From a virus (lineage: Duplodnaviria > Caudoviricetes), in the IMG/VR virus record IMGVR_UViG_3300008255_000275, positions 1 through 35,629 of that record: a DNA stretch of 35,629 nucleotides; one strand, 5' to 3'. The notes beneath the pieces were generated by a model, which did no database searches, was not told where the DNA came from, and saw only the letters and a program-made list of their open reading frames with translations. How positions within the stretch are numbered: position 1 is the stretch's first letter; each line of letters begins with the position of its first letter. The translations under genes were made by a program, and so were the position numbers. Shown piece by piece: positions 7,998 through 17,751 of the stretch.

Positions 7998-9584
7998 ATG
8001 GCAGTATCCACAGTAATACCTATACCGTTAGCAGCCAAGGCGAAAGCCACAGCAAAAGACGCCACAGAATGGATAGTCGCTAATGGTGGCTGGGTAACGG
8101 ATATAATCGAAAAACATAACGCCTGGATTAGGGACGCAGCGGTCGAAAAGTACCAGGCGGCTTATGATGGCGAACTGGACGAAATCGAAGAACGCGACAA
8201 GTCAAGGGGTGACGGTACCAACGCTAAACTAATCGCTAACTATGCTATGATAATCGTAGATACGATAGTCGATTACATGGTCGGTAAGTCCCCTGTTTAC
8301 ACCGTCGAGGACAACGACCAGGAAGACGAAGACACTGACGAAGCCGAAATACTAACGGAATACCGTAAAAAGATAATGGAGTTACTAAAGTATAAGGCAA
8401 CTAAAACCCTGGGCGAAATGCTTAGACAGGGCTGTATAGCTGGATACTCTCCTATTATCGCCTGGGTAGACGAACGCGGAAACATTGACTATAACGAATA
8501 TCCTGTACAGGAAGTTATACCAGTTTACGACGTGCGTAACAGGCTGGCTATGGTGCTTCGGGTATACGAAATTGAAACGCTGGAAGGTAACCAAACCGTA
8601 ACTAAAAAACGTGTCGAAGTATACGACGACCGTTATATCACATACTATATAAGTGACGGCGGTACGGGCTTCGTAATAGACGAAACGGAAGTCGCTACAG
8701 GTAATCCTATTGAACATAAAGCGGGCCGTATCCCGGTAGCCATATACCAAAACGGCGTACCAGCGAAATACAAGGACCGTCTAAAGTCGAACGGTAAAAG
8801 CGACCTTAGCTTCGGAGCCTTTGACCTTATCGTCGCTTACGCCCATGGGATTAGTGATAAGGCTAACCTGGTAGATTATCTACAGGATATGTACTTACTA
8901 CTTACTGGCGTAGATGTAGACGAAAAAGAAGTCCTTAAAATGCGTAAAGCAAGGGCTATAGCCTTAAAAGACGCCAACAGTAAGGCGGAATTTATAGCCC
9001 AGACACAGGAAGACCAGGCGGTAGAAAACTTTCTAACAAGGCTAAAGAATGACATTTACTATACGACCAATACGCCGCAGCTAAGCGAACTAAACGGCGC
9101 TACAGCTACAGAAATAAAAATGAAGTACGCTTGTCTGGATATTAAGGCCGGGAAAAAGGAACCTTACTTCATAATGGCAATAACACAGTTAATAGCCATA
9201 CTTACCGACTTTCTAAATACCGAAAAGCTGCTAAGTAATGGCGTTAAGGATACCTACCCTATCGTATCCGACCCTAAACAGCTGGAAGACCGCGACGATA
9301 TTTACCGTTCCGACTGGTTAAGTGTTAGCCTGGTTCGTAATCTTCCACAGAACTACGAAGAAATCGCGACTATTGTAGCGACCCTGGCCGACAAGGTACC
9401 AGACAGCTACCTTTACGAATTACTATGGTTTATTGACGACCCACAAAAGGCGCTTGACGAAATGAAAGCCCAGAAGGCGGAAAACGCTAAAAGCAATATG
9501 GCTAACAATCTTTCACTTATTGGACTGGGTGCTAATAATTTAGGTGATGATGGTAACGAAGACGCTAACGCGGTTACCGAATAA
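7998..9584 (+). CDS. Portal protein (SPP1 gp6-like)
   Basis: NYAMIIVDTIVDYMVGK, GKSDL, RNLPQN motifs; follows terL. Confidence 0.9.
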   Translation: MAVSTVIPIPLAAKAKATAKDATEWIVANGGWVTDIIEKHNAWIRDAAVEKYQAAYDGELDEIEERDKSRGDGTNAKLIANYAMIIVDTIVDYMVGKSPVYTVEDNDQEDEDTDEAEILTEYRKKIMELLKYKATKTLGEMLRQGCIAGYSPIIAWVDERGNIDYNEYPVQEVIPVYDVRNRLAMVLRVYEIETLEGNQTVTKKRVEVYDDRYITYYISDGGTGFVIDETEVATGNPIEHKAGRIPVAIYQNGVPAKYKDRLKSNGKSDLSFGAFDLIVAYAHGISDKANLVDYLQDMYLLLTGVDVDEKEVLKMRKARAIALKDANSKAEFIAQTQEDQAVENFLTRLKNDIYYTTNTPQLSELNGATATEIKMKYACLDIKAGKKEPYFIMAITQLIAILTDFLNTEKLLSNGVKDTYPIVSDPKQLEDRDDIYRSDWLSVSLVRNLPQNYEEIATIVATLADKVPDSYLYELLWFIDDPQKALDEMKAQKAENAKSNMANNLSLIGLGANNLGDDGNEDANAVTE

Positions 9585-9601
9585 CGTAAGGGGGTTTGTG
9601 T

Positions 9602-10693
9602 ATGCCAAATAGACAAAGTATTTTAGATGATTATACAAGGTACTATACGGAGCAGTTGGAACGATTAATAGGGCAACGTATGACTGAATTAGAACCAGCT
9701 TATAGATTGTTACAATTTAAGGCTGTAGATTATTTAAAAGTGCTTTATAAAGACATAAGCAATATCAAAGACCCAGTAAAACTAAAATCTAAACTGTACC
9801 AGATAAAGTTACAGGAACAACTAATAGCCCAGCTTTTACCAGACTTACAGCTTTTAGATTTTAAACAACAGCCTTATTTTACCTCTGTGTTAGCGGGACA
9901 GTTGCAGTATGGTTATTATACGTCGGCTTATACTTTAGAAAAGGCGGCCATGATACGTACTACGGTTCCAATTCTTACAAGGTCGAACGTCTTAAGTGTA
10001 TTAGCTAATCCCTGGTTACCAGATAAGGCTACCTATAGTGATAGAATACGAGTTAATACGGCCTTAATAGCTGAAAAAACAAAGGAAGTTGTAACAGACA
10101 TTGTAACCAAAAATCTTAGCTACAACGAGGCGGCTAATTTACTTAAAACCAAGATAAACGAAAGTTACTATAGGTCGGTAGCCCTTGTACGTACTGAAAT
10201 GTCCAGGGCTTCGTCTTTAGGTGGCAGTCTTGCAGCTATGAATAACGCCGATATATTGGACGGTAAGTATTGGGACGCTACACTGGACAGTAAAACCGCC
10301 CCACGTGACGCGGCTAACGACCGTGAAGTATTTGACTTAGATTATGATACGCCTAACAACCCTGGTGTAGCTGGCAAGAGAATACCAAACCACCCTAATT
10401 GTAGGTGTAAATATGTGAACAAATTAAAGTATCTTGACCCTATTAGTATCAGACAGGCTCGAAAAAATGACAGTAAAACAAGTTGGGGCGACACATACGT
10501 AACTAAAGCTAAAACCTATGACGAATACGCTAAAGAACGTGGGTTACCAACCGTTAAGGAAATGTTAGAAGCGGATAACCCAAAGCGTTATTTAAGACCA
10601 GGGGAAACAATCGCCAGTCTTACTAAACAAGTAGAGCGTAAAACCTTTAATAATCACACTATAACAGTATCGCGGGCGCCGTGGGATAAATAA
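9602..10693 (+). CDS. Minor head morphogenesis protein (SPP1 gp7 / Mu gpF family)
   Basis: LVRTE, WDATLDSKT, PNHPNCRC; ATG 9602 preferred by RBS spacing. Confidence 0.85.
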   Translation: MPNRQSILDDYTRYYTEQLERLIGQRMTELEPAYRLLQFKAVDYLKVLYKDISNIKDPVKLKSKLYQIKLQEQLIAQLLPDLQLLDFKQQPYFTSVLAGQLQYGYYTSAYTLEKAAMIRTTVPILTRSNVLSVLANPWLPDKATYSDRIRVNTALIAEKTKEVVTDIVTKNLSYNEAANLLKTKINESYYRSVALVRTEMSRASSLGGSLAAMNNADILDGKYWDATLDSKTAPRDAANDREVFDLDYDTPNNPGVAGKRIPNHPNCRCKYVNKLKYLDPISIRQARKNDSKTSWGDTYVTKAKTYDEYAKERGLPTVKEMLEADNPKRYLRPGETIASLTKQVERKTFNNHTITVSRAPWDK

Positions 10694-10780
10694 CAATAAG
10701 TTTATGAGGACTACTCGAAATTGAGCCGTCCCATATTTTTATAAGCCACAACCTACCAGGGGCTAATACCTGGAAGGGAC

Positions 10781-10807
10781 AGACGTTACTTATGTAGCGT
10801 CTTTTTT
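10781..10807 (+). terminator. Intrinsic terminator before scaffold gene
   Basis: AGACGTTAC-TTAT-GTAGCGTCT then T run. Confidence 0.65.
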
Positions 10808-10912
10808 ATTGCCGTAACCTACCCAGGGCGTCGTACTGGCAAGGGTAAAACCGCCACAGCTGCGGAATAGCTGGATTAGCCGACGGGCTTAAAATGGAAA
10901 GGAGTTTTAACA

Positions 10913-11662
10913 ATGGGAAAGTTAAGAAAATTACAGGAAAAGTACTTAAAAGGCGAAATCACTAAGGCCGAATACGACGCCCAGGTAAGACAGCTGCTTA
11001 CCGACGAAATTATAGACCAGGAGCAAGTAGACGAAGCCTTAGAATATGACCCAGAACACGAAAAACCACAGTATAGCCAGGCTGACGTAGACGCTATGAT
11101 TACTACGAAAGCTATTCGTATGGTTAGAAAAGCCCTTAAAGACGCTGGCGTAGACATTGAAGCCGATAACAAGACCCTACTTTCTAAGGTAGCGGAAACA
11201 ATTAAGACGGGGTCTACTAAAAAAGACGGCGACGACGGTAAAGGCGACAGTAAGGCCACAGACGAAGAACTGGTTACACTTAGAAAACAGGCGGACCGTG
11301 CCAAGACTTTAGGCGAACGCGTTAAAGACCTTGTAGTCGAAAACGCCGTACTTAAAGAAGCTGGAAAGTATAATCCTGTAAACCCTGTACAAGTGGTACG
11401 CGCCCTAAGACTGGACTACATGGACGGTATCGACTACGACGAAGAAACGGGCGAAGTAGATACTAAAAGCGTATCCCGTGCTTTAAAGAAGGTTCACGAA
11501 AGCGAACCTAACTTATTCAAAGTCACAGAAAACGACGACACCGACAACAACGATTTTAAGGGCAAGGGTCCAGGCGGTGGCGCTGGTGGCGGAAGCAAAG
11601 ACCACGACGCTAAGAAAGCCCAGGCGTTGGAAATGTTAGGTATCAAGAAAGACACAAAATAA
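10913..11662 (+). CDS. Capsid scaffolding protein
   Basis: Charged helical protein, YSQADVDAMI, PNLF, Gly-rich tail; between minor head and capsid genes. Confidence 0.75.
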   Translation: MGKLRKLQEKYLKGEITKAEYDAQVRQLLTDEIIDQEQVDEALEYDPEHEKPQYSQADVDAMITTKAIRMVRKALKDAGVDIEADNKTLLSKVAETIKTGSTKKDGDDGKGDSKATDEELVTLRKQADRAKTLGERVKDLVVENAVLKEAGKYNPVNPVQVVRALRLDYMDGIDYDEETGEVDTKSVSRALKKVHESEPNLFKVTENDDTDNNDFKGKGPGGGAGGGSKDHDAKKAQALEMLGIKKDTK

Positions 11663-11681
11663 CGAAAGGTAGGTAAATATT

Positions 11682-12077
11682 ATGAACAACGATTTAACAA
11701 TCAGAACGGCAAATTATGCAGCGGCTAAGGAAATTAAGGCCAGCGCACACTATGCCTACGTAGTCAATGGTATTACCCTTGACGGTTCCAAATTTGCAGT
11801 AAATGAGTATGTACCAGAAGGCCAGTGCTTAGTAATGGACAATGTTACAGGAAAGTATGAGAAGTACGCAGAAACTACACCGGGAACCTTTGAACCTGGA
11901 AAGTCAAACCCTGTAATCCTCGACGAAAGTATCCAGTTTAAAGCTAATAGCGAAGGGGTTAACCCAGACCTTACAGCTGGACAGATTTTAGTACATGGCG
12001 CGGTTTACGCTTCCATTTTGACAGGTGTAACTACAGCATTTAAAACGGCCTTAGCTGGCGCTATCCGTTTTGTGTAA
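11682..12077 (+). CDS. Head decoration/stabilisation protein
   Basis: 131 aa immediately before an E-type major capsid gene; TGKYEKY, HGAVY. Confidence 0.6.
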   Translation: MNNDLTIRTANYAAAKEIKASAHYAYVVNGITLDGSKFAVNEYVPEGQCLVMDNVTGKYEKYAETTPGTFEPGKSNPVILDESIQFKANSEGVNPDLTAGQILVHGAVYASILTGVTTAFKTALAGAIRFV

Positions 12078-12107
12078 GACTAATTAAACGAAAGGTAGGT
12101 AAAAAAT

Positions 12108-13121
12108 ATGGCTGGATTAGCAAATCTTAGTGAATTTTTCGAAAATCCACTATTCACAGAAACAATTAGCGAAGTACCCGTAGAAACGGGGTACATTGGA
12201 CAGAGGTTCCTTCCGCTGGAAGAAACTTACGACATTGACTTTAACGAAACCGTAATCGAAAGACAGGCGGACATGGCCGACATTATCGACAGCGGCGCAG
12301 AACTTCCATTGACTGACAGGGACCCTGTTAGACGTATTAGCGGCGAAATTACAGATATGGGCCAGTCCTATATCGTAACAAAGAAAGAACTTGCCGCTAT
12401 GATGGATAAGGGTAACAAGGGCAAACAAACCATGATGGTTAAGCAGCTTTTAGGCAAAACCGCACAGCTGAAAAGAAATATTGACGCACGTATCGAGTGG
12501 TTAAGATGGCAAGCTTTAGGCGTAGGCGCTATGGCTTACGATAAGTCTGGTATTAAATTGGGCGTTGACTTCGGCGTACCAGCGGGTAACAAGGTAATCG
12601 CAGCTACAAAGTGGAACGTAGACGGCGCTACTATCCTGGCTAACTATGAAAAGTGGGTACAGGATTATGTAGACCTTAACGTTAATGGTTACACCCCGGA
12701 TATTTTCGTAACAAGTATCGAAGCTATTAGAACCGTTCTTAATGACGTAGCTGTAAGAAAAGCTATTAGCGGTTATTCTGACAAGCTGCTTACCCTGGAC
12801 GAACTTAACACTTTCCTTAGAGGTAGAGAACTTCCACCTATGGAAGCCTTCGACGCTAAGGTAACTTACAGGGACGTTAACAACGGCGGCGCAAGAACTA
12901 CAGCAAGGCTATTGTCTTCTACTAAAGGTGTATTCCTTAAAGAAGGCGGTCTAATCGGTAGCCAGCTATTAGGGCCAACATATGAAAACAATATGAACCC
13001 TGGTATCTATGCAAGAACCTTCACTATGGAAAGACCAATTAGGGAAGTTATCGAAGTTGTGGGCGCTTCTTTCCCTAAAATTACAGACCCAGACCTAATT
13101 AAGATAGCGACTATTCTTTAA
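12108..13121 (+). CDS. Major capsid protein (Phage_cap_E-like)
   Basis: 337 aa, RIEWLRWQAL, VDFGVP; position in head module. Confidence 0.85.
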   Translation: MAGLANLSEFFENPLFTETISEVPVETGYIGQRFLPLEETYDIDFNETVIERQADMADIIDSGAELPLTDRDPVRRISGEITDMGQSYIVTKKELAAMMDKGNKGKQTMMVKQLLGKTAQLKRNIDARIEWLRWQALGVGAMAYDKSGIKLGVDFGVPAGNKVIAATKWNVDGATILANYEKWVQDYVDLNVNGYTPDIFVTSIEAIRTVLNDVAVRKAISGYSDKLLTLDELNTFLRGRELPPMEAFDAKVTYRDVNNGGARTTARLLSSTKGVFLKEGGLIGSQLLGPTYENNMNPGIYARTFTMERPIREVIEVVGASFPKITDPDLIKIATIL

Positions 13122-13130
13122 TAGTCGCTA
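13105..13130 (+). other. Perfect 11-bp hairpin spanning the major capsid stop codon
   Basis: TAGCGACTATT-CTTT-AATAGTCGCTA; probably an mRNA-stabilising or weak terminating hairpin. Confidence 0.5.
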
Positions 13131-13155
13131 ATCTATTTTGAAAGGAAGTGTTAAC

Positions 13156-13470
13156 GTGAAAGTGAAAATACTTAAAGAAGGCGTTACCTTCGGTAAGTCT
13201 TTACTGGACATAGGCGCAGAACTTGAAGTCGAAGACGCAAGCGGTAAAAGCCTTGTAGAAAATGGCTACGCCGAAGTTATCGAAGCTGTAGAGCCACCAA
13301 AAGACGACCTTACAGCCGAAGAAATGGCGAAGAAATTAGACGAACTGTATAAGGCGGACGACTTAAAGGCAGCGGCTAAAGAAGCCGGGGTAGAATTCGA
13401 CGCTAAAGCGACTAAGGCCGAAGTTATCGAAGCTGTAATCGCTGCTGAAAAGTACGCCGACCTTATTTAA
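13156..13470 (+). CDS. Head-associated protein with C-terminal Rho_N/HeH-like domain
   Basis: KADDLKAAAKEAGVEFDAKATKAEVIEAV; GTG start after AAAGGAAG. Confidence 0.6.
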   Translation: MKVKILKEGVTFGKSLLDIGAELEVEDASGKSLVENGYAEVIEAVEPPKDDLTAEEMAKKLDELYKADDLKAAAKEAGVEFDAKATKAEVIEAVIAAEKYADLI

Positions 13471-13482
13471 GGCGGTGATATT

Positions 13483-13860
13483 ATGTTCCTTACGCAAGCG
13501 GAATTAGTTAGTACCTACTACACCCCCGCGGAACCTGTTACGGACGCTGAACAAAAGTTATACTTGCTTCGTGCTAATGCCTTTTGTCGCGGGTATATCG
13601 GTGGCGACCCGCCAGTAATTGACGAAGGGTTAAAGGTAGCTGTGGCGTTATGCTTCGAAGTCTTCGCACGTGGCGAAACTTCACAGATTAACGAAACTAC
13701 AGGCAATATAACCGAAGTCGCCCCACCTACGGCAGCTACAACACAGGGCAAGTATGCAAATACAGACCCATTTAAAACGGTAAAGGAAATGCTACGGTCC
13801 TATAAGCTGGCGTTTGAGAATTCAACAAACGTAAGCGATAGGGGGGTAAAGTTTTTATGA
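13483..13860 (+). CDS. Head-tail connector/adaptor
   Basis: MFLTQAEL...LKVAVA...VKEMLRSYK pattern and position. Confidence 0.6.
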   Translation: MFLTQAELVSTYYTPAEPVTDAEQKLYLLRANAFCRGYIGGDPPVIDEGLKVAVALCFEVFARGETSQINETTGNITEVAPPTAATTQGKYANTDPFKTVKEMLRSYKLAFENSTNVSDRGVKFL

Positions 13861-14363
13861 AAAAATCGGGTATTATCTTAGATAAGAATTTTGATAAGTG
13901 GCAAAAATGGTTACGTACTTTACAAAAGGACGAACTTAAAAAAATGCGTGACCGCGTAGCCAGAACTTTAGTAGCACGTGGATATGAATATGCAAGCGTG
14001 AATACCCCTATCCGTAGTGGTGAATTAAAAAGTAGCATGCACATGGGTAGCCCCAAAAGTTCATGGAACGTAAATGTTGAGCTTCCTAATGTTGATATTA
14101 TTTTTTATGGGACGGTTGTACCCTATGCAGCCGCTGTAGAAGAAGGTTACGAACAAAAAAAAGGACGTTTTGTTCCTGGGGAATGGCGAAGCGGAACATT
14201 TCATTATATCCCAGGTGCTAAAACTGGCATGGTTCTAACTGGTAAGATAATCTCAGGTACACACGCCTTTGAAAAATCTTTAGACCATTTAAAGGACGGC
14301 GATATACAAAAAGCTTACACAGAAGGAATAGAGGAATTGTGGGAGCTATTAACTGGAAGGTAG
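13857..14363 (+). CDS. HK97 gp10-like neck protein
   Basis: TPIRSGELKSS, VPYAAAVEEG, GTHAFEKS. Confidence 0.8.
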   Translation: MKKSGIILDKNFDKWQKWLRTLQKDELKKMRDRVARTLVARGYEYASVNTPIRSGELKSSMHMGSPKSSWNVNVELPNVDIIFYGTVVPYAAAVEEGYEQKKGRFVPGEWRSGTFHYIPGAKTGMVLTGKIISGTHAFEKSLDHLKDGDIQKAYTEGIEELWELLTGR

Positions 14364-14370
14364 GGATACC

Positions 14371-14940
14371 ATGGACTACGAATTAGAGTTAACGGCGGTA
14401 CAGACGTGGTTAAAATCGGCGTCGGGTCTTAATTCCTGGCGTCGTGACGTCGCACCGCCCAAATTAGCGCGCCCCGTGGTTATATGGGAAAGTCCCTACC
14501 GCGGAAGGGTGCGACATTTACACAGGTACGCATATGTACAACGTGTTAGGTACTATGGTAAGTTATTTGTAAACAGCGTAGACGAAGTTTTACGCCTACA
14601 GCAATCACTTAGCGAAGACCTAGAAAACCGTTGCGGTATACTGGACGTTTTAGACAAGGACGGCGTTAAGGTAGGGCTTTTAAAATCGGTGGAACTTGAA
14701 TTCAACGAAACCGAAGGCTTAGACGTACCCTTTAGGCTTAACTATGAAGTGGCCTATACGCGTACAAGACCAGAGCAGCCGCCAGCGCCTAACTATGTTT
14801 ACACAAAGGTAACCAGTCAATCCGTACCAAAAGTACAGGAATACACCGAAACTATGGCCGTATCCCCTACTTTGTCGGATACTGATAAAGAGTATACGCC
14901 GACAGGTACTACGGTTACGGCTGACGACAATATTTTATAA
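14371..14940 (+). CDS. Putative tail terminator/completion protein
   Basis: Position between gp10-like gene and sheath; little sequence recognition. Confidence 0.5.
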   Translation: MDYELELTAVQTWLKSASGLNSWRRDVAPPKLARPVVIWESPYRGRVRHLHRYAYVQRVRYYGKLFVNSVDEVLRLQQSLSEDLENRCGILDVLDKDGVKVGLLKSVELEFNETEGLDVPFRLNYEVAYTRTRPEQPPAPNYVYTKVTSQSVPKVQEYTETMAVSPTLSDTDKEYTPTGTTVTADDNIL

Positions 14941-14954
14941 GGGGGTTTTAGCAT

Positions 14955-15164
14955 ATGGCAACCAACGAAACAAAGGCCGAAGTTAAAAAGGCCGCAGACC
15001 CATTATTCGAAAAAGAAGAAATTATTAAAAGCGCGGGCCTATTCGGAACTTCGCCCGAAATTATGGCGGGCGCTTTAACTTTCGTAAAGAAGGACGCAAT
15101 CACAAAACAGGAAGCTGAAAGCGCACTAAGCGCGTTCCTGGCAAGACCTGTAGGAAAGGAGTAA
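14955..15164 (+). CDS. Small pre-sheath protein (YqzN/YkzM-like)
   Basis: FEKEEII...LFG...MAGAL...TKQEA...FLARPV. Confidence 0.55.
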   Translation: MATNETKAEVKKAADPLFEKEEIIKSAGLFGTSPEIMAGALTFVKKDAITKQEAESALSAFLARPVGKE

Positions 15165-15171
15165 AAATATT

Positions 15172-16560
15172 ATGGCTGGAACATTTATAAAAGGTATCAG
15201 TAAGATTTTAAGCGGCGTTTATTCCCGTATCGTCGCTACTGTAACACGTATCGTAATGGGAACCCGTGGCGTTGTAGCTTACCCCTTTACTTCCGACTGG
15301 GGGCCTGTGAATGAACTTGTACCACAGACCTTAGGCGAATTTAAGGACGCTTTTAACGCTGACAAAACAGCACTTACAGCAAGTAAAATATATTTGCACG
15401 CTTCCAAAGGCGCGCCAAGTAAGATACTGGCTTATCGTATGGCTACGGCTTCCGCTAAAAAAGGTATATGTACTTTAGGTGTAGGTAGTCTACAGCTGGA
15501 AACCTTATACCCTTCCGCAAGAGCCTTTGTAGCCGTTGTTAAAGACGGGGTCGAAGAAGGAACTAAGGTAGTTGAAATCTTAGAAGGCGGCGTTAAACTT
15601 GTTAGCGTGGTAGGCGCTACTAATGCGGCTTTAGCCCTTGAACTTAATAAGTCTGACTACGTAAGGGTAACTACGGTAGGGGAAACTATACCAGCAAACG
15701 CCGCTAATATTGCTTTTACTGGCGGTGATAACGGTAGCGTGGTTACTGTTACTGAATACAGCGCGTTTCTTGACGAAATCGAAGCAGACGGAAACGCTAA
15801 CAGCTTTTCCTTAGATGGCGTAAGCGACGAAGCTATTATCACTACCGTAACAACCTGGTTAAGACGTGTAAGAAGTGAAGGCTTCTACGTTACTTTCGCT
15901 TCTGGTGGACCTTCTACCTGGGACGACGATATTAGCCTGGCTAATGCGGCTTCCGTGGCGCATAACTACAGGGGTATCGTAAACGTGGGTAATGGCTGCG
16001 ACGGTTATACCCCGGCGGAAATGGCTATCTTTATCGCGGCGCGCGTTGCTTCCGTAGCCCTTAACAGGACTGTAACCGACGAAACAGTACCGTACACGAA
16101 GGTTAATAAAAAGATTAAGATTACCCCAAGGGAAACCGCGAAAACAAAGGGTACTTTAATCTTTGTTATGAACGGTGACTTTGTAGAAATCGACGAAGGC
16201 GTTAATACGCTTACAAGCCCTTCCAATGACGAAAGTAAAGAATTCGGTAAGATTAGAGTATCTAACACGCTGGATTATGTTACTAAAGACCTGGAAGCCT
16301 TCGGAAATGAGTACAAGAAGACTAAGTCTAACACAGAGGAAGCCCGACAGTGCTACGCTACTATGGTCGAAGAAAGCTACCTAAGACCGTTAGCGAACGA
16401 CGAAATAATCAAAGTTGGATACTTCTATAGACCAGACCCAGAATACCATGGGGATACAGCGGTTTATAGCCCAGCTATTGACGAAGCCTTCTTCGACAGT
16501 GATATTACGCCAGTCGATAGTATGGAACGTATCTACCAGAAAATCGGCGTAAACTTTTAA
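15172..16560 (+). CDS. Contractile tail sheath protein (XkdK-like)
   Basis: MAGTF, FTGGDNG, GVNTLT, FGKIRV, PVDSMERIY. Confidence 0.9.
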   Translation: MAGTFIKGISKILSGVYSRIVATVTRIVMGTRGVVAYPFTSDWGPVNELVPQTLGEFKDAFNADKTALTASKIYLHASKGAPSKILAYRMATASAKKGICTLGVGSLQLETLYPSARAFVAVVKDGVEEGTKVVEILEGGVKLVSVVGATNAALALELNKSDYVRVTTVGETIPANAANIAFTGGDNGSVVTVTEYSAFLDEIEADGNANSFSLDGVSDEAIITTVTTWLRRVRSEGFYVTFASGGPSTWDDDISLANAASVAHNYRGIVNVGNGCDGYTPAEMAIFIAARVASVALNRTVTDETVPYTKVNKKIKITPRETAKTKGTLIFVMNGDFVEIDEGVNTLTSPSNDESKEFGKIRVSNTLDYVTKDLEAFGNEYKKTKSNTEEARQCYATMVEESYLRPLANDEIIKVGYFYRPDPEYHGDTAVYSPAIDEAFFDSDITPVDSMERIYQKIGVNF

Positions 16561-16586
16561 TTTAAACGAAAGGAAGGTATAAACAT

Positions 16587-17006
16587 ATGAGTTACGAAGC
16601 TAATCAAGCTATTAACGGCCTGTACGGGTTCGTTTATGACGAAAACGGTACAGAACTTCAAAGTACGCAGTCCTTCGAAACTAACTTAGAGTATGAGAAG
16701 GAACCCATTAAACAAGCTGGAAAGTTTTTAGACAGCCATAAAGTTATGGGTGGTAGCGGTAGCGGTACTCTTACTATCTTGAAACTTGATAGTAGACTAC
16801 AAAGAAAAGTAGCCGAAAACCCTACAGCTAAGTATAACTATATCGGTAAGCTGGCAGACCCTACAGCTAAGGGCGAAGAAGCCATTATGTATAAAGGTCT
16901 ATCTTTCGATAGTACACAGCTTACACAGTATGAACTGGGCGCGCTTGTAGAAGAAGAATTCCCTTTTACATTCGACGACTTCGCTTACATCAAATCAATA
17001 GAGTAA
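16587..17006 (+). CDS. Tail tube protein (XkdM/DUF2001-like)
   Basis: INGLYG, GSGTLT, KLADP, EEEFPFTFDD. Confidence 0.9.
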   Translation: MSYEANQAINGLYGFVYDENGTELQSTQSFETNLEYEKEPIKQAGKFLDSHKVMGGSGSGTLTILKLDSRLQRKVAENPTAKYNYIGKLADPTAKGEEAIMYKGLSFDSTQLTQYELGALVEEEFPFTFDDFAYIKSIE

Positions 17007-17011
17007 GACTA

Positions 17012-17043
17012 AGGGACGCGTAAAAGCGTCCCTATTTCATTTA
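17012..17043 (+). terminator. Hairpin/leaky terminator after tail tube gene
   Basis: AGGGACGC-GTAAAA-GCGTCCCT then ATTTCATTT. Confidence 0.5.
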
Positions 17044-17065
17044 AACGAAAGGTAGGTATAAAACT

Positions 17066-17566
17066 ATGGCAACAGCTAAAACAATCGCTACAGACGAAAA
17101 TATCGAAGCTGTAGACGCTACAAAAGAGGTTAAATCATTCCTTACCCTGGAAGACATTTTAGGCAAGGACGCCAACGACCTTAAAGCCGTACCACAAGGC
17201 GAATTCGAAACAGAAAAATTAGGTATAGTACCATTTACGGCGCTTACTTATGCTGAATATAAACAAGCTAAAAAGGACTGTGTTAAATATACCGCAGACG
17301 GAAGCGGCGGAATTAAGACAGACATAGACGACGATAGACTTATGGTTAAGGTAGTGCTTCTGGGCGTAGACAAAGACGCAAGAAGTAACTTTACTTTCGC
17401 TAACAAGGCGCTTCTTGAAAAGTTGGACGTAGTAACCGCAGAAGCAGCGGCGGGCGTACTTCTTTCCCCTGGTGAAATTGTAAACTTCGCGGTAGCAATT
17501 CAGAACGCCAGCGGCTTCGGTAAGAAGAAACAGAAGGAAGACAGTGAAGAAATAAAAAACTCCTAA
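17066..17566 (+). CDS. Tail assembly chaperone (XkdN-like, G form)
   Basis: LLSPGEI...SGF...EEIKN; between tube and tape measure genes. Confidence 0.8.
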   Translation: MATAKTIATDENIEAVDATKEVKSFLTLEDILGKDANDLKAVPQGEFETEKLGIVPFTALTYAEYKQAKKDCVKYTADGSGGIKTDIDDDRLMVKVVLLGVDKDARSNFTFANKALLEKLDVVTAEAAAGVLLSPGEIVNFAVAIQNASGFGKKKQKEDSEEIKNS

Positions 17567-17748
17567 AGTCCAACAAGGAAGCGAAATTATTAGCTTATAT
17601 ATGGAATACGCAAGGCAAAATTCCAAGCGAAATATATAACCTTCCACCGTTGGAAAAAGAATTCGTATACCAGGCGACGCTACTAAAAATTAAAGATGAA
17701 CAGCGCGCCGCACGTGAAGCAAGGCGAAAGAATGGTAAGGGGGTGTAA
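17554..17748 (+). CDS. -1 frameshift extension of tail chaperone (GT form)
   Basis: In-frame slippery A-AAA-AAC at 17554-17560; -1 frame open for 62 codons (LLKSNKEAKLLAYIW...PSEIYNLPPLEKEFVYQA...) to TAA 17746-17748. Confidence 0.8.
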   Translation, partial: KKLLKSNKEAKLLAYIWNTQGKIPSEIYNLPPLEKEFVYQATLLKIKDEQRAAREARRKNGKGV

Positions 17749-17751
17749 AGC

